This document shows, piece after piece, positions 29,525 to 38,886 of a stretch of 64,000 nucleotides of DNA. The first letter of the stretch is position 1; every line of letters starts with the position of its first letter. The position numbers and the translations under genes are program-made. The DNA lies in the NCBI GenBank assembly GCA_963664825.1, contig OY761614.1:1920001-1984000 (forward strand), written 5' to 3'. The stretch comes from an uncultured Holophaga sp. GTDB lineage: Bacteria; Acidobacteriota; Holophagae; Holophagales; Holophagaceae. The notes below the pieces were generated by a model. That model was given only the letters and a program-made list of their open reading frames with translations. It was not told where the DNA came from and searched no databases.

Positions 29525-30304
29525 TCACCCTTCGGCTTCGGTTCCAGCCAGCCCGATAGCCGCAGTCTGGAGTCTCCAGCCGCTGGCGGCCCAGCAGAGG
29601 AGGCCGAAGACGACGAACACGAGGATGGCCAGGTGCCAAGGTGTGCTGATCTGCTCCTGGGCGAGAAGCTGGGAGGTGCCCACAGAGCTGCCCCGGCTGC
29701 CGGCGATGCTTTCGATGTAGTGCTGGAAGGTGATGCGCTGGAGGTTGCCGGGGAAGATGCGCACCAGGGGATCGAAGATCAAGAGATAGAGCGCCCCCCA
29801 GAGGGTGCCCCGCTTGAAGACTAGGCCCAGGAAGGTCATGAAGGCCAGTTCGGCCCAATAAGCGGCCAGTAGGGCCGCGGCCATGAGGGGCAGGCTGGCG
29901 AACTCGGCCCCCAGGCCCCCCAGGCCCGCGATGGCCACCAGGATCCAGAGGGCCCCCCAGGCGTACCAGAGCAGGCCCTTGCCGAAGGGCAGGGCCCAGG
30001 CCTGGGCCGGACGGGTGAGCACCAGGGGCAGTGTGCGCTGCTCTAAATCTTCCCGGATACCCGCCGGGGCGGCCACCAGCACGAGGATGGGCAGGGCCAG
30101 GTGGGCGAGGACCTTATGGAAGACCATGAGAACCTCCGCCGATCCGAAATTCAGATGCTGCATGCGGAGGAGGGTGGCCAGCCCGTAGCTGAGGAAGACC
30201 GGCAGCAGGAGGACGAGGGCGCAGGCCCAGCCGCGGGCCTGGAGGACGCGAGGGAAGTAGCCCCGGAAAAGGGCCGAGATGGTGCGGGCAGGAGTGGGCA
30301 TCAT
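29525..30304 (-). CDS. ABC-2 type permease
   Basis: About 6 TM; EDLEQRTL..VLTRP; coupled to ABC ATPase. Confidence 0.75.
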   Translation of the reverse strand: MMPTPARTISALFRGYFPRVLQARGWACALVLLLPVFLSYGLATLLRMQHLNFGSAEVLMVFHKVLAHLALPILVLVAAPAGIREDLEQRTLPLVLTRPAQAWALPFGKGLLWYAWGALWILVAIAGLGGLGAEFASLPLMAAALLAAYWAELAFMTFLGLVFKRGTLWGALYLLIFDPLVRIFPGNLQRITFQHYIESIAGSRGSSVGTSQLLAQEQISTPWHLAILVFVVFGLLCWAASGWRLQTAAIGLAGTEAEG

Positions 30305-31329
30305 GCGTGATCCTTGGTGAGGAACTGGAACACGGCCTCCAGATTGAGATCCAGGGGATCGAGAGAACGGAGGGGCAGGGCGCCCTCCAGCACCGCCGCC
30401 TGGAGCTTGGGCAGGAAGGAGCGGGGATTGCGCACGGCCAGCACGGCGCCCCCCTCCTCCATGCGCAGGGCCACCAGTTCCTCCTGCTCCACGGCCCAGC
30501 GGGCCACGGCCTGGGAGGATTCGGCACCGATGCGCAGTTCCACGGGATGGCGGTCCAGCAGTGCGCGGATCTCGGGGACGCTGCCCTCCGCCAGGAGCCT
30601 GCCCCGGAAGAGGAGCAGGATGCGGTCCGTGAGGTGGGCCACTTCACCCAGGATGTGGCTGGAGACCAGGATGCGGCGGCCCTTGGCGGCCAGGCCCCGG
30701 AGCACCTCCATCAGCAGGAGGCGCGCCTCGGGGTCCATGCCATTGAAGGGCTCGTCCAGCAGGAGGAATTCGGGATCGTGCAGCAGGGCCTGGGCCAGGC
30801 GCATGCGCTGACGCATGCCCTTGGACATTTCATGGAAAGGTTTGGCACCGTTCTGCGCCATGCCCACCGTGGCCAGGGCCCGGTCCATGGCGGCCCGGAG
30901 CTCGGCCCCCTCGAGGCCGGAGAGTTCCCCCATCATCCTCAGCCACGGAATGCCTCGCAGGCCCGCGGGGAAGCGGTCCCCCTCGGGCACGAAGCCTAGG
31001 CGCGAGAGCACCCTTGGGTTGCGGAAGGGCGCCTCGCCAAAGATCCGCACCTCGCCGCCGGAGGGGGGCAGCAGGCCCGCCAGGAGTTGGATGAGGGTGG
31101 ATTTCCCGGCCCCATTGGGCCCCAACAGACCCGTGATGCCGCCCCCTGCGGGCAGTTCGAAGGAGGTGGGGGAAAGGCCGAGGATATCGCCGTAGCGCAG
31201 GGACGCGCGCTGGAGGGAGACGGACGGGGTGTTCGGGCTTGACCCGATCTCCCCGTGGGGGGACACGGGGGGGACATCGCAAGCGGAGCGAGCAGGCGGT
31301 CCCCCCCGTTTCATGGCGGTGGCGCTCAT
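30301..31329 (-). CDS. ABC transporter ATP-binding protein with repeat-derived N-terminal extension
   Basis: GPNGAGKS, MSKGMRQR, LLLDEP, SSH; ATGA overlap with upstream permease. Confidence 0.92.
   Translation of the reverse strand: MSATAMKRGGPPARSACDVPPVSPHGEIGSSPNTPSVSLQRASLRYGDILGLSPTSFELPAGGGITGLLGPNGAGKSTLIQLLAGLLPPSGGEVRIFGEAPFRNPRVLSRLGFVPEGDRFPAGLRGIPWLRMMGELSGLEGAELRAAMDRALATVGMAQNGAKPFHEMSKGMRQRMRLAQALLHDPEFLLLDEPFNGMDPEARLLLMEVLRGLAAKGRRILVSSHILGEVAHLTDRILLLFRGRLLAEGSVPEIRALLDRHPVELRIGAESSQAVARWAVEQEELVALRMEEGGAVLAVRNPRSFLPKLQAAVLEGALPLRSLDPLDLNLEAVFQFLTKDHA
31224..31311. repeat. Two-hairpin GC-rich repeat, copy 3 (within the 5' part of the ABC ATPase ORF)
   Basis: ggggtgttcgggcttgacccgatctcccc + gtggggg + acgggggggacatcgc...gcaggcggtcccccccgt. 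Confidence 0.75.
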
Positions 31330-32195
31330 ATTATGGCCTCCGAGGGCTGAGTGCGCCGGGCGGCGACCCAGGTCCAGAGGGTGATGTGGGCAACCGTGCC
31401 GAGGATCGTGGGAAGCCATCCCAACCGGGGTTCCGCCACGCGGCAGAGGAGATCGGGCCAGGCCCCGGCGAGAGCCTGGGGGCTCAGGGCCATCCAGGTG
31501 GGTTGGTGGAGCAGGCCGCTGAGGAGCTCACCCAGGGCGAAGGTGCCCAGATAGATGCCCAGCACCCAGCCGAAGCCCGCCTTGGGGCTCGAGGCGAGAC
31601 TGGAGGCGCCGAGGGTGACGGCCCCCATGAGCAGGGCCATGAGCAGGGCCGCGGGCATCAGGTAGAGGGGCGCCCAGGGGGAAACGGGGCCACCGGGGCC
31701 CGCGATGAGCAGCGACAGGCCCCAGGGCAGGAAGACGAAGGGCAGGAGGATCAGGAAGGGCAGACCCACCGCGAAGAGCCCCTTGGCCGCCAGGTAGTCC
31801 CGGGGGCGCACGGGATGGGCGTAGAGCAGGGGCCGGATGCGATAGAGGGTGTCCCGGGCCACCAGGCCGCCGCCCACCAGGGCCACCTGGAACCAGAGGA
31901 GGCTCGTGAGCCAGCCTCCCATGGTGAGGAGTCCGGCGTGGAACTCGGGGCCCTGGGTGAAGACCTGGCCGGCGAAATCCTTGAGGCCCCGCAGGGCCGC
32001 GCTGGTGTTCAGGAGGTATTTCACGTAGAGCATGGCCAATTGGAGGAGCAGGCTCCCCACGAACATGAAGCCGAAGAAGCGGCCCATCTTCTGTTTGAGC
32101 ACGCGGCCCATATCGAAGCGGGCGATGACCAGGGCAGGGGGAAGGCCCTGGTCCAGGGCGGGACGGGGGGGGAGGGAGGGGGCGTAGATGGGCAT
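31326..32195 (-). CDS. ABC transporter permease
   Basis: About 6 TM; GGGLVARD...LYAHPV.PRDYL.AK. Confidence 0.75.
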   Translation of the reverse strand: MPIYAPSLPPRPALDQGLPPALVIARFDMGRVLKQKMGRFFGFMFVGSLLLQLAMLYVKYLLNTSAALRGLKDFAGQVFTQGPEFHAGLLTMGGWLTSLLWFQVALVGGGLVARDTLYRIRPLLYAHPVRPRDYLAAKGLFAVGLPFLILLPFVFLPWGLSLLIAGPGGPVSPWAPLYLMPAALLMALLMGAVTLGASSLASSPKAGFGWVLGIYLGTFALGELLSGLLHQPTWMALSPQALAGAWPDLLCRVAEPRLGWLPTILGTVAHITLWTWVAARRTQPSEAII

Positions 32196-32220
32196 ATCAG
32201 TTCCCCAGCACTGAGATCAA

Positions 32221-32291
32221 GGCCGAGCCAGGCTTGGCCTGGCAAGGCCGCGGGGGCTCCGGGGGTGTAGGCCGCAGGCCGGTCCCCCGGA
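32221..32291. repeat. Two-hairpin GC-rich repeat, diverged copy 4 (intergenic)
   Basis: ggccgagccaggcttggcctggcaaggcc + gcggggg + tccggggg...ggtcccccgga. Confidence 0.55.
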
Positions 32292-32317
32292 AAGTGTCGT
32301 TGGCGTAGATGGGCATC

Positions 32318-33235
32318 CTAATTCCCCTCCGGCATATGCAAGGCCCTGATCAACACCTCGTCCAGCCGGTCATGGCGGGGCGTGAGCTGCACCAATACGG
32401 CGCCGTGCTTCTGGGCCCAGCGGAAGGGCTCGGTGGGATCGGCCTGATGGAACTCCAGGTCATAGAGGCCGTGGCGATTATCGAGCACCTCGCCCAGCTC
32501 GCTAAGACGCGCCTCCTGCTCCGTGTTCAGGGGATCCAGGAAGCGCAGCTCGAAGCGCCGCGTGAGCAGCTTCCGTAGGCCTGCCATGGAACCCGCCGCC
32601 TTCAATTCGCCCCTGTCCAGGATGACCAGCTGGTCCGCGCAGCGTTCCACGTCCTCCAGCAGATGGCTGGCCAGGATCACACCCGTGCCCAGCTCGGCCC
32701 GGACCTTCAGCACCAGATCCAGCATCCGCTTCCGGCCCTCGGGGTCCAGGCCGTTGGTGGGCTCGTCCAGGAAGACCAGCTCCGGGGAATGCACAAGAGC
32801 CTGGGCCAGCTTCACCCGCTGGCGCATGCCCGTGGAATAGCCCGAGACATGGCGGTAGCGGGATTCGTCCAGTCCCACGAAGTAGAGCACCTCGTGGGCC
32901 CGGTCCCGGGCGGCGTCCGCAGGCAGGCCGGAGAGTTCCCCCCAGAAGGCCACCTGCTCGAAGGCATTCACATCCTCGATGAGGGCGTCGTACTCGGGCA
33001 TGTAGCCGATGCGGGCCCTCAGCCGCGCGGCCTCGGGGCTGCCCAGGCCCACACCCAGCACCTGACCCGTGCCCTTCGTGGGGGTCAGCAGGCCCAGCAG
33101 CGTCTTGAGGAGCGTGGATTTGCCCGAACCGTTAGGGCCCAGTAGGCCGATGATTCCGTCCTCCAGATTGAGGCTCAGGTGCTTGAGGGCCACCACATCT
33201 CCGTAGTGGACCTCCAGGTCTTGGAATGCGATCAA
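32318..33235 (-). CDS. ABC transporter ATP-binding protein
   Basis: GPNGSGKS, YSTGMRQR, FLDEP, ASH; AGGAG RBS before TTG 33235. Confidence 0.92.
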   Translation of the reverse strand: MIAFQDLEVHYGDVVALKHLSLNLEDGIIGLLGPNGSGKSTLLKTLLGLLTPTKGTGQVLGVGLGSPEAARLRARIGYMPEYDALIEDVNAFEQVAFWGELSGLPADAARDRAHEVLYFVGLDESRYRHVSGYSTGMRQRVKLAQALVHSPELVFLDEPTNGLDPEGRKRMLDLVLKVRAELGTGVILASHLLEDVERCADQLVILDRGELKAAGSMAGLRKLLTRRFELRFLDPLNTEQEARLSELGEVLDNRHGLYDLEFHQADPTEPFRWAQKHGAVLVQLTPRHDRLDEVLIRALHMPEGN

Positions 33236-33322
33236 TGGAATCTCCTGGATGAAACAGATACGGGATGGGGGCCCTTCGAGTTTACCGGCTCCCTTGTGCC
33301 ATCCTGGAATCTGGAGGTCTGT

Positions 33323-33982
33323 GTGAAGCTCATCATCTGGGATTTCGATGGCACCCTGGCGGATAGTCGGGCCCTCATCGAGGCGGGCATGGACCATGCC
33401 CTCAAGGCCCTGGGGCTCCAGGAGCGTCCGGGGCTCAAGCAGGAATGGCTGCGCTATGTGGGCCTGCCGGTGGAGGGGGGGCTCCAGCGCACCTTCGGGC
33501 CCCTGGGGCTGGATCCGGCCGAGGTGCTGAAGGTCTACCGCACCTTCGATTGGGTGGTGAACGAACGTCTATTGGTGCCCTTCCCCGGCATGGACGCCCT
33601 GATTCATGAACTCCACGGCCTCGGCGTGAAGATGGCCATCGCTTCTTCCAAGCGGGGCGGGCCTCTGCGCCGCCAAGTGGAGGCCTTCGGATGGACCGGC
33701 TGTTTCGACCCAATGGTGACCCCCGATGAGGTGAGCATCGCCAAACCCCATCCGGAGAGCCTGGAGCTCTGCCTGGCCACCCACGGCCTCGCACCCCTGG
33801 AAGCGGTCATGGTGGGCGATACGCCCTTCGATCTGGAGATGGCCAACGGGGCCGGTGTGCCCGGCATCGCCGTGGGGCATGGGTTCTATGGCCGGGAAGC
33901 CCTGGAGGCCTGTGGTCCAATTGCCTATGCCCCCGATGTGCCTGCGCTGAGGGAGATCCTCCTGGCGAGGGTGACCCCATGA
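33323..33982 (+). CDS. HAD-family hydrolase
   Basis: WDFDGTL, KPHP, MVGDT. Confidence 0.9.
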   Translation: MKLIIWDFDGTLADSRALIEAGMDHALKALGLQERPGLKQEWLRYVGLPVEGGLQRTFGPLGLDPAEVLKVYRTFDWVVNERLLVPFPGMDALIHELHGLGVKMAIASSKRGGPLRRQVEAFGWTGCFDPMVTPDEVSIAKPHPESLELCLATHGLAPLEAVMVGDTPFDLEMANGAGVPGIAVGHGFYGREALEACGPIAYAPDVPALREILLARVTP

Positions 33983-34479
33983 GCCTGACCCATCTGGACG
34001 CGGAGGGCCGACCCACGATGGTGGATGTCTCGGCCAAGGCCATCACCCGGCGGCGGGCCGTGGCGGCGGGCTGCCTGGAACTCTGCCCGGCTTGTGCCGA
34101 GGCCCTGGAACAAGGGGGAGGTCCCAAGGGGGATCCCTGGTCCGTGGCCCGCATTGCCGCTGTCGGAGGCGTCAAGCGCACCTCGGACCTCATCCCCCTG
34201 GCTCATCCCCTGGTGGTGGAGGCCGTGAACGTGGTCCATCACTGGGACCCGATCACTCGTCGGGCCTGGCTGCGGGTGGAGGTCTCCCTGGAAGGCCGCA
34301 CGGGCGTGGAGATGGAGGCCCTGGTAGGGGTCAGCACCGGTCTACTGGCCCTCTACGATATGTTGAAGGCAATCAGTCACGAAATGTCCTTGGGGCCGGT
34401 GCGACTTCTCCTCAAGGAGGGGGGGCGCCGTGGTGCTGTGGCCTGGCCATGGCTTGAATGCCCATGGAGTGATAGGTAA
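33979..34479 (+). CDS. moaC: Cyclic pyranopterin monophosphate synthase
   Basis: MVDVSAK, KGD, LIPLAHP, TGVEMEAL, YDMLKA. Confidence 0.93.
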   Translation: MSLTHLDAEGRPTMVDVSAKAITRRRAVAAGCLELCPACAEALEQGGGPKGDPWSVARIAAVGGVKRTSDLIPLAHPLVVEAVNVVHHWDPITRRAWLRVEVSLEGRTGVEMEALVGVSTGLLALYDMLKAISHEMSLGPVRLLLKEGGRRGAVAWPWLECPWSDR

Positions 34480-34493
34480 AATACGATAATTGT

Positions 34494-34522
34494 TTGCAGG
34501 TTCGGCTTCGGCTCGCTACTCT
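34494..34522 (+). promoter_or_regulatory. Putative sigma70 promoter for the LysM-M23 gene
   Basis: TTGCAG-17 nt-TACTCT. Confidence 0.45.
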
Positions 34523-34623
34523 TGAATATCCCTGCGTGTAGTCACGATGGGAAATGGTCCTCAAGGAGGCCTTAGCGTCCTTCCTAGTCCCCTTTTAACC
34601 GCCCCTGAACCCTTGGAGGCCCC

Positions 34624-35700
34624 ATGAGATTATCGCCACTCGTGCTCGCGCTTTCCCTGGTGGGGATGTGCGGAAATCTGGGTGTTGCCAGGCACGCCCG
34701 ACCGGCCAAGACGGCCAAGGCCTCCAGGGCTTTGAAACCCGCCAAGGTGAAAGCGGACCGTGGGGTCCACAGGGTCCGCAAAGGAGAGACGGTCGCCAAG
34801 ATCGCCCGCCAGTTCAAACTGACCCGGTCCCAGATCGAGGAGCTGAATCCCGACGTGGATCTGGGGACCCTCAGTGTGGGCACTGTCTTGAGAGTGGTCC
34901 CCGATCGGAAACCCCTTCGCGTGCCCCAGCAGATTGCGAAAGAACCTGCCCAGGCGAAGGGCCTGCCTGCCGTGAGTCCCTTGCCCGGGACGCCGAGCCT
35001 GCGTCCGGCCTCGCTGGTCCATCTGGAGCGCGTGCTTCCCTCGGCCACCCTTCGGCCCGTGCCCGATGGCACGAACCTATCAGGAGCGGCTTCCTCAGAT
35101 GATCCCAAGACCCTAGCCGCTCAGATGCAGCCCGTTCTGCCCCGGATCACGGAATCCGAGTTGGCCGCTCCTGCGCGTTTCGATTTGGCTGATCCCACCA
35201 AGCTCGATCTCCTGTGGCCCGTGGGGACCCGGACCATCAGCTCGGCCTGGGGGCCTCGGATCCGCACCCGCACGGTGCGGGTGAGGACCAAGGCTAGCCG
35301 GAAGAAAATCCGCCAGCGTTATCGGGGCAGCCACAAGGGCGTCGATCTCACGGCTCCCATGGGCACCGATGTCTATGCGGCCATGGATGGGCGAGTGATC
35401 GAGGCGGGCCGTCACAAGGACTACGGGAATTTCGTGGTCTTGGATCATGGCAACGGCGTGACCACCCTCTATGGCCACCACAAGCTCAACTATGTGCGCA
35501 CCGGAGATGTGGTCCGGCGAGGCCAGAAGATCGCTGAGGTGGGGCGTACGGGCAAGGCCACAGGGCCCCATCTCCATTTCGAACTGCGCCTCAACGGTGT
35601 GCACCAGAATCCTCTCCCCGTCCTGAACGATTCGGAAGAGATCCCTGCCGAGCTCATGGCTCAGAATGAGGCCGCTATCCCTCCCCGTCTGCGGGATTGA
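34624..35700 (+). CDS. LysM + M23 peptidoglycan endopeptidase
   Basis: LysM (HRVRKGET..KIA); HKGVD, YGH, GPHLHFE. Confidence 0.93.
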   Translation: MRLSPLVLALSLVGMCGNLGVARHARPAKTAKASRALKPAKVKADRGVHRVRKGETVAKIARQFKLTRSQIEELNPDVDLGTLSVGTVLRVVPDRKPLRVPQQIAKEPAQAKGLPAVSPLPGTPSLRPASLVHLERVLPSATLRPVPDGTNLSGAASSDDPKTLAAQMQPVLPRITESELAAPARFDLADPTKLDLLWPVGTRTISSAWGPRIRTRTVRVRTKASRKKIRQRYRGSHKGVDLTAPMGTDVYAAMDGRVIEAGRHKDYGNFVVLDHGNGVTTLYGHHKLNYVRTGDVVRRGQKIAEVGRTGKATGPHLHFELRLNGVHQNPLPVLNDSEEIPAELMAQNEAAIPPRLRD

Positions 35701-35835
35701 GGGCGATGCACTTTCATTGCCCGGGCTTCTGAACCTTCAGGGGAGTTCAAAGCACTCAACCATCGGCCCTTCGCTCTAAGCCAAGGTGGGCGGGCCGTGG
35801 TACCCTATGATTTTGGCCCCTTTTCCGAGGTCGTG

Positions 35836-37734
35836 ATGGTGTTTTCGCGTTCTTCATGGCGTTTCCTGGCGGTCCTGGCGGCCCTGTGTGTTCTCCCCCT
35901 CGGCCTGGGCTGCGGAGGGAAGAAGAGCAACAGCAGCAGTGAAAGCGCAACCACTGTCACGGTTTCAGGCACTGCCACCTACACGCGAGTGCCCCTCCTG
36001 GCGGATGCAGATGGGATTCCCACGGGCCTCGAAACCGATAAGACCAAGTTCACCAGCCTGCCTCTGCGGGGGGCGATGGTGCGGGCCTACCAAAGCACCT
36101 CGGAGACCGATGCCAACGGCAACGCGGTGACGGTGTGGAAGGTCGTCGCGTCCACCAGCACGGGTACGGACGGCACCTATACCCTCACGGTCACCAAGGA
36201 TGAATCCACCTTCGTGGAGATCCTCAGCGCGATCACGCCTTCGACGGGATCGGGCGTGAGGGTCCTGGCCACCTCCATCTCGGATAGTACGCCGGTTTCC
36301 GACCGCCCTTATTACCTCCTACGCAAGGGGGTTGATGGGGGCAGCGCTGACCAGACGCCAGGATCGGTCATCAGCGCCAACGCCACGGTGGATTTCGCGA
36401 TCGATCTCGATAAGGCCTGGTGGAAGGGTCCCCTCGCCACCACTATCACCAAGACCGTCATTACGGGAGCCACGCCCAGCACTACTTGGGCCCCGAACGT
36501 GACACTGGAGACGGTCGGGACGGGCAGCCGTGTGGCGGCCATTCTCGATAGTGCCTACACCTTCGGGTATTACATCGGCGAACCCACTCCTGGCGCTGCG
36601 CTCTACCTGCACTACCTGATGAATTCCGGGGATGCAGGGCCCAGTTTCATCGAATACGATCTCGCAGCCCACTCGGCCACCAAGTCCACGAATACCTACT
36701 TCGGATATATCCGGGGTGCCTCTGCCAATGACGATGCCTTCGACGAGGGGGTGATCTTCCCCCTGCTGGCCCGGAACCACATGGTGGCCCAGGGCTATAC
36801 CACGCTTCGACCCACCCTTGCCCTCTCCGATCGCTCCGATCTCCAGGACCTCCGTCCCGAAATGGCCCTGATGGAGGGGTTCTCCCAGGGCATCGCGGCC
36901 GTTCTGCTCAAGTCGCCCTACCTGGCCGACACCAATGGCGCCACGATCAGCAGCCTTCGGGATGTGCGCGCCACGGGCCTTGGCAAGGATGCCTATTCCG
37001 CCGCCAATATCGCCGCGCTCACCTGGAAGCTCTATCTCGCCGCCAATAGCGTGGCCGATACGCCCACCGGATGGGCGGGCCTCACGCGAACGGCTCTCAA
37101 CCGCTTCTTCACGGTCTCCGTGCCCAAGGATTCCACCACCAGCACCTATCCCAAGGATGTCGGCAGCATCTATTCCCAACTCATCCGGCTCCAGGAAGCC
37201 CAGGGCACTTCCGATTCCGTCAATCTGGCGGCCTTCTTCCCGGACGCTACGCTCACCACACTGGTCACGCCCTTCGGTCTCACCTGGCCCCGTTTGACGA
37301 CCTTGCCCACCCCCTTTGTCTCCTCGGATGCCGGTTACCTGGCGGATTGGGGCACGAATCCCAATTCCCTCGCCACGGCCTTGCCCTCCTTCACCCTGGG
37401 CATGGGGAATGCCCATGCGAACAGTCTGGGCCTCTACCCGAACTTCTCGAAGGATGAGGTCTTCACCTCACGCTTCACACTGAGTGGTGACCGGATCTAC
37501 GCGTTGAATATCCTGACCGTGCCAACCCTCCCCTCAACGGCCCAGGTGCAGGTCACCATCGGAGGGCTCAAATACCTCTTCGATGCAGGGACGGAGCCCA
37601 TCCGCCTCCCTTATCTCGATGGAGACAGCACCACGGCGGTCTACCAGAGCCTCCAGGTTCGCCTACTGAGCCCTGTGACTAAACAGCCCAGTGATTTCAA
37701 AGTCACGCTCGAGCTCAACCAGCTCGAACCCTGA
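35836..37734 (+). CDS. Large Thr/Ser-rich lipoprotein
   Basis: Lipobox-like LGLGC after a hydrophobic stretch. Confidence 0.75.
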   Translation: MVFSRSSWRFLAVLAALCVLPLGLGCGGKKSNSSSESATTVTVSGTATYTRVPLLADADGIPTGLETDKTKFTSLPLRGAMVRAYQSTSETDANGNAVTVWKVVASTSTGTDGTYTLTVTKDESTFVEILSAITPSTGSGVRVLATSISDSTPVSDRPYYLLRKGVDGGSADQTPGSVISANATVDFAIDLDKAWWKGPLATTITKTVITGATPSTTWAPNVTLETVGTGSRVAAILDSAYTFGYYIGEPTPGAALYLHYLMNSGDAGPSFIEYDLAAHSATKSTNTYFGYIRGASANDDAFDEGVIFPLLARNHMVAQGYTTLRPTLALSDRSDLQDLRPEMALMEGFSQGIAAVLLKSPYLADTNGATISSLRDVRATGLGKDAYSAANIAALTWKLYLAANSVADTPTGWAGLTRTALNRFFTVSVPKDSTTSTYPKDVGSIYSQLIRLQEAQGTSDSVNLAAFFPDATLTTLVTPFGLTWPRLTTLPTPFVSSDAGYLADWGTNPNSLATALPSFTLGMGNAHANSLGLYPNFSKDEVFTSRFTLSGDRIYALNILTVPTLPSTAQVQVTIGGLKYLFDAGTEPIRLPYLDGDSTTAVYQSLQVRLLSPVTKQPSDFKVTLELNQLEP

Positions 37735-37747
37735 ATAGGATTCCGAC

Positions 37748-38563
37748 ATGGATCTAGGCAAAGCCTTCGAGGCCCTGAAGAACCGCGCTCCCTTTGTCCC
37801 CGAGATCGCCCTGGTCTTGGGCTCCGGTCTGGGCCAGCTGGCTCACTGCAAGGAGGCCCTGGCGGGCACCCAGATCCCCTTCACGGAGATCCCGGGTTTC
37901 CCCCAGCAGACCGTGCCGGGTCACGCGGGCAAGATGATCTTCTGCGAGCTGGAAGGGCGCAAGGTGCTGCTCCAGGCGGGACGCTTCCACTTCTATGAAG
38001 GCAACCCCATGGCCCTCTGCACGGCCCCCATGCGCCTCTACGGCCGCCTGGGCGTGAAGGCCGTGCTGCACACCAACGCCGCCGGCGCCGTGAACTGGAA
38101 CTTCAAGGTGGGCGATCTGATGCTGCTCACCGACCACATCAATCTCCAGGGCACCAACGCGCTCATTGGGCCCAACGTGGAACCCGGTCCCCGCTTCCAG
38201 GACATGACCGAGGCCTACGACAAGGGGCTCCGCGCCCAGATCCACGCCGCCGCCACCGCCACGGGACAGCGTCTCCAGGAAGGCGTCTACCTGGCCGTGA
38301 CCGGGCCCAGCTTCGAGACGCCCGCGGAGATCCGTGCCTTCCGCACCCTGGGAGCGGACGCCGTGGGCATGAGCACCGTGCCCGAGGTCATCGTGGCCCG
38401 CCACGAGGGCATGAAGGTGGCTGGCATCAGCTGCCTCTGCAACATGGCCGCCGGGATGCTGCCCCAGCCCCTCGCCCACACGGAGGTCCTGGAGGCCGGA
38501 GCCGCTGCTGCTGCGGGCTTCGAGGCCCTGGTGCGGAAGTTCGTGCGGGACCTCAAAATCTGA
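37748..38563 (+). CDS. punA: Purine-nucleoside phosphorylase (trimeric type)
   Basis: LGSGLG, GHAG, GRFHFYEG, GPSFETPAE, GMSTVPE. Confidence 0.93.
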   Translation: MDLGKAFEALKNRAPFVPEIALVLGSGLGQLAHCKEALAGTQIPFTEIPGFPQQTVPGHAGKMIFCELEGRKVLLQAGRFHFYEGNPMALCTAPMRLYGRLGVKAVLHTNAAGAVNWNFKVGDLMLLTDHINLQGTNALIGPNVEPGPRFQDMTEAYDKGLRAQIHAAATATGQRLQEGVYLAVTGPSFETPAEIRAFRTLGADAVGMSTVPEVIVARHEGMKVAGISCLCNMAAGMLPQPLAHTEVLEAGAAAAAGFEALVRKFVRDLKI

Positions 38564-38588
38564 ATTGGATCAGACGGAAACCTCAAGT

Positions 38589-38616
38589 GAGAAGCGGCCC
38601 TCCGGGGCCGCTTCTC
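38589..38616. terminator. Hairpin between convergent punA and ychF
   Basis: gagaagcggccc-tccg-gggccgcttctc. Confidence 0.65.
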
Positions 38617-38626
38617 ATGGTTGCTC

Positions 38627-38886
38627 TCAGACGTTGAAGAGGAAGTTGAGGACATCGCCATCCTGGACGACGTAGTCCTTGCCTGAGGGCCCCGCTCCAC
38701 GGCTCCAAGCGCAGCGCCGGAGGCGTGGGAGGGGCGTCCGGTGGACGCCCCGTTCGCGGGCGATCAAGCGCCGTGCGCGAGGTCCCCGAGCGCTCAGGCG
38801 CCAGGGCAAGGTCCTGTGGCGTGGCCGCTCTAGACGTTGAAGAGGAAGTTAAGGACATCGCCATCCTGGACGACGTAGTCCTTGCC
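38627..38886 (-). mobile_element. Duplicated 57-bp ychF 3' end (att-like) flanking a 146-bp remnant
   Basis: 38627-38683 and 38830-38886 both encode GKDYVVQDGDVLNFLFNV*. Confidence 0.75.

Noticed and set aside
34523..34623. Riboswitch in the LysM-M23 leader
   Set aside because: No recognisable c-di-AMP or c-di-GMP consensus; an Rfam scan would be needed
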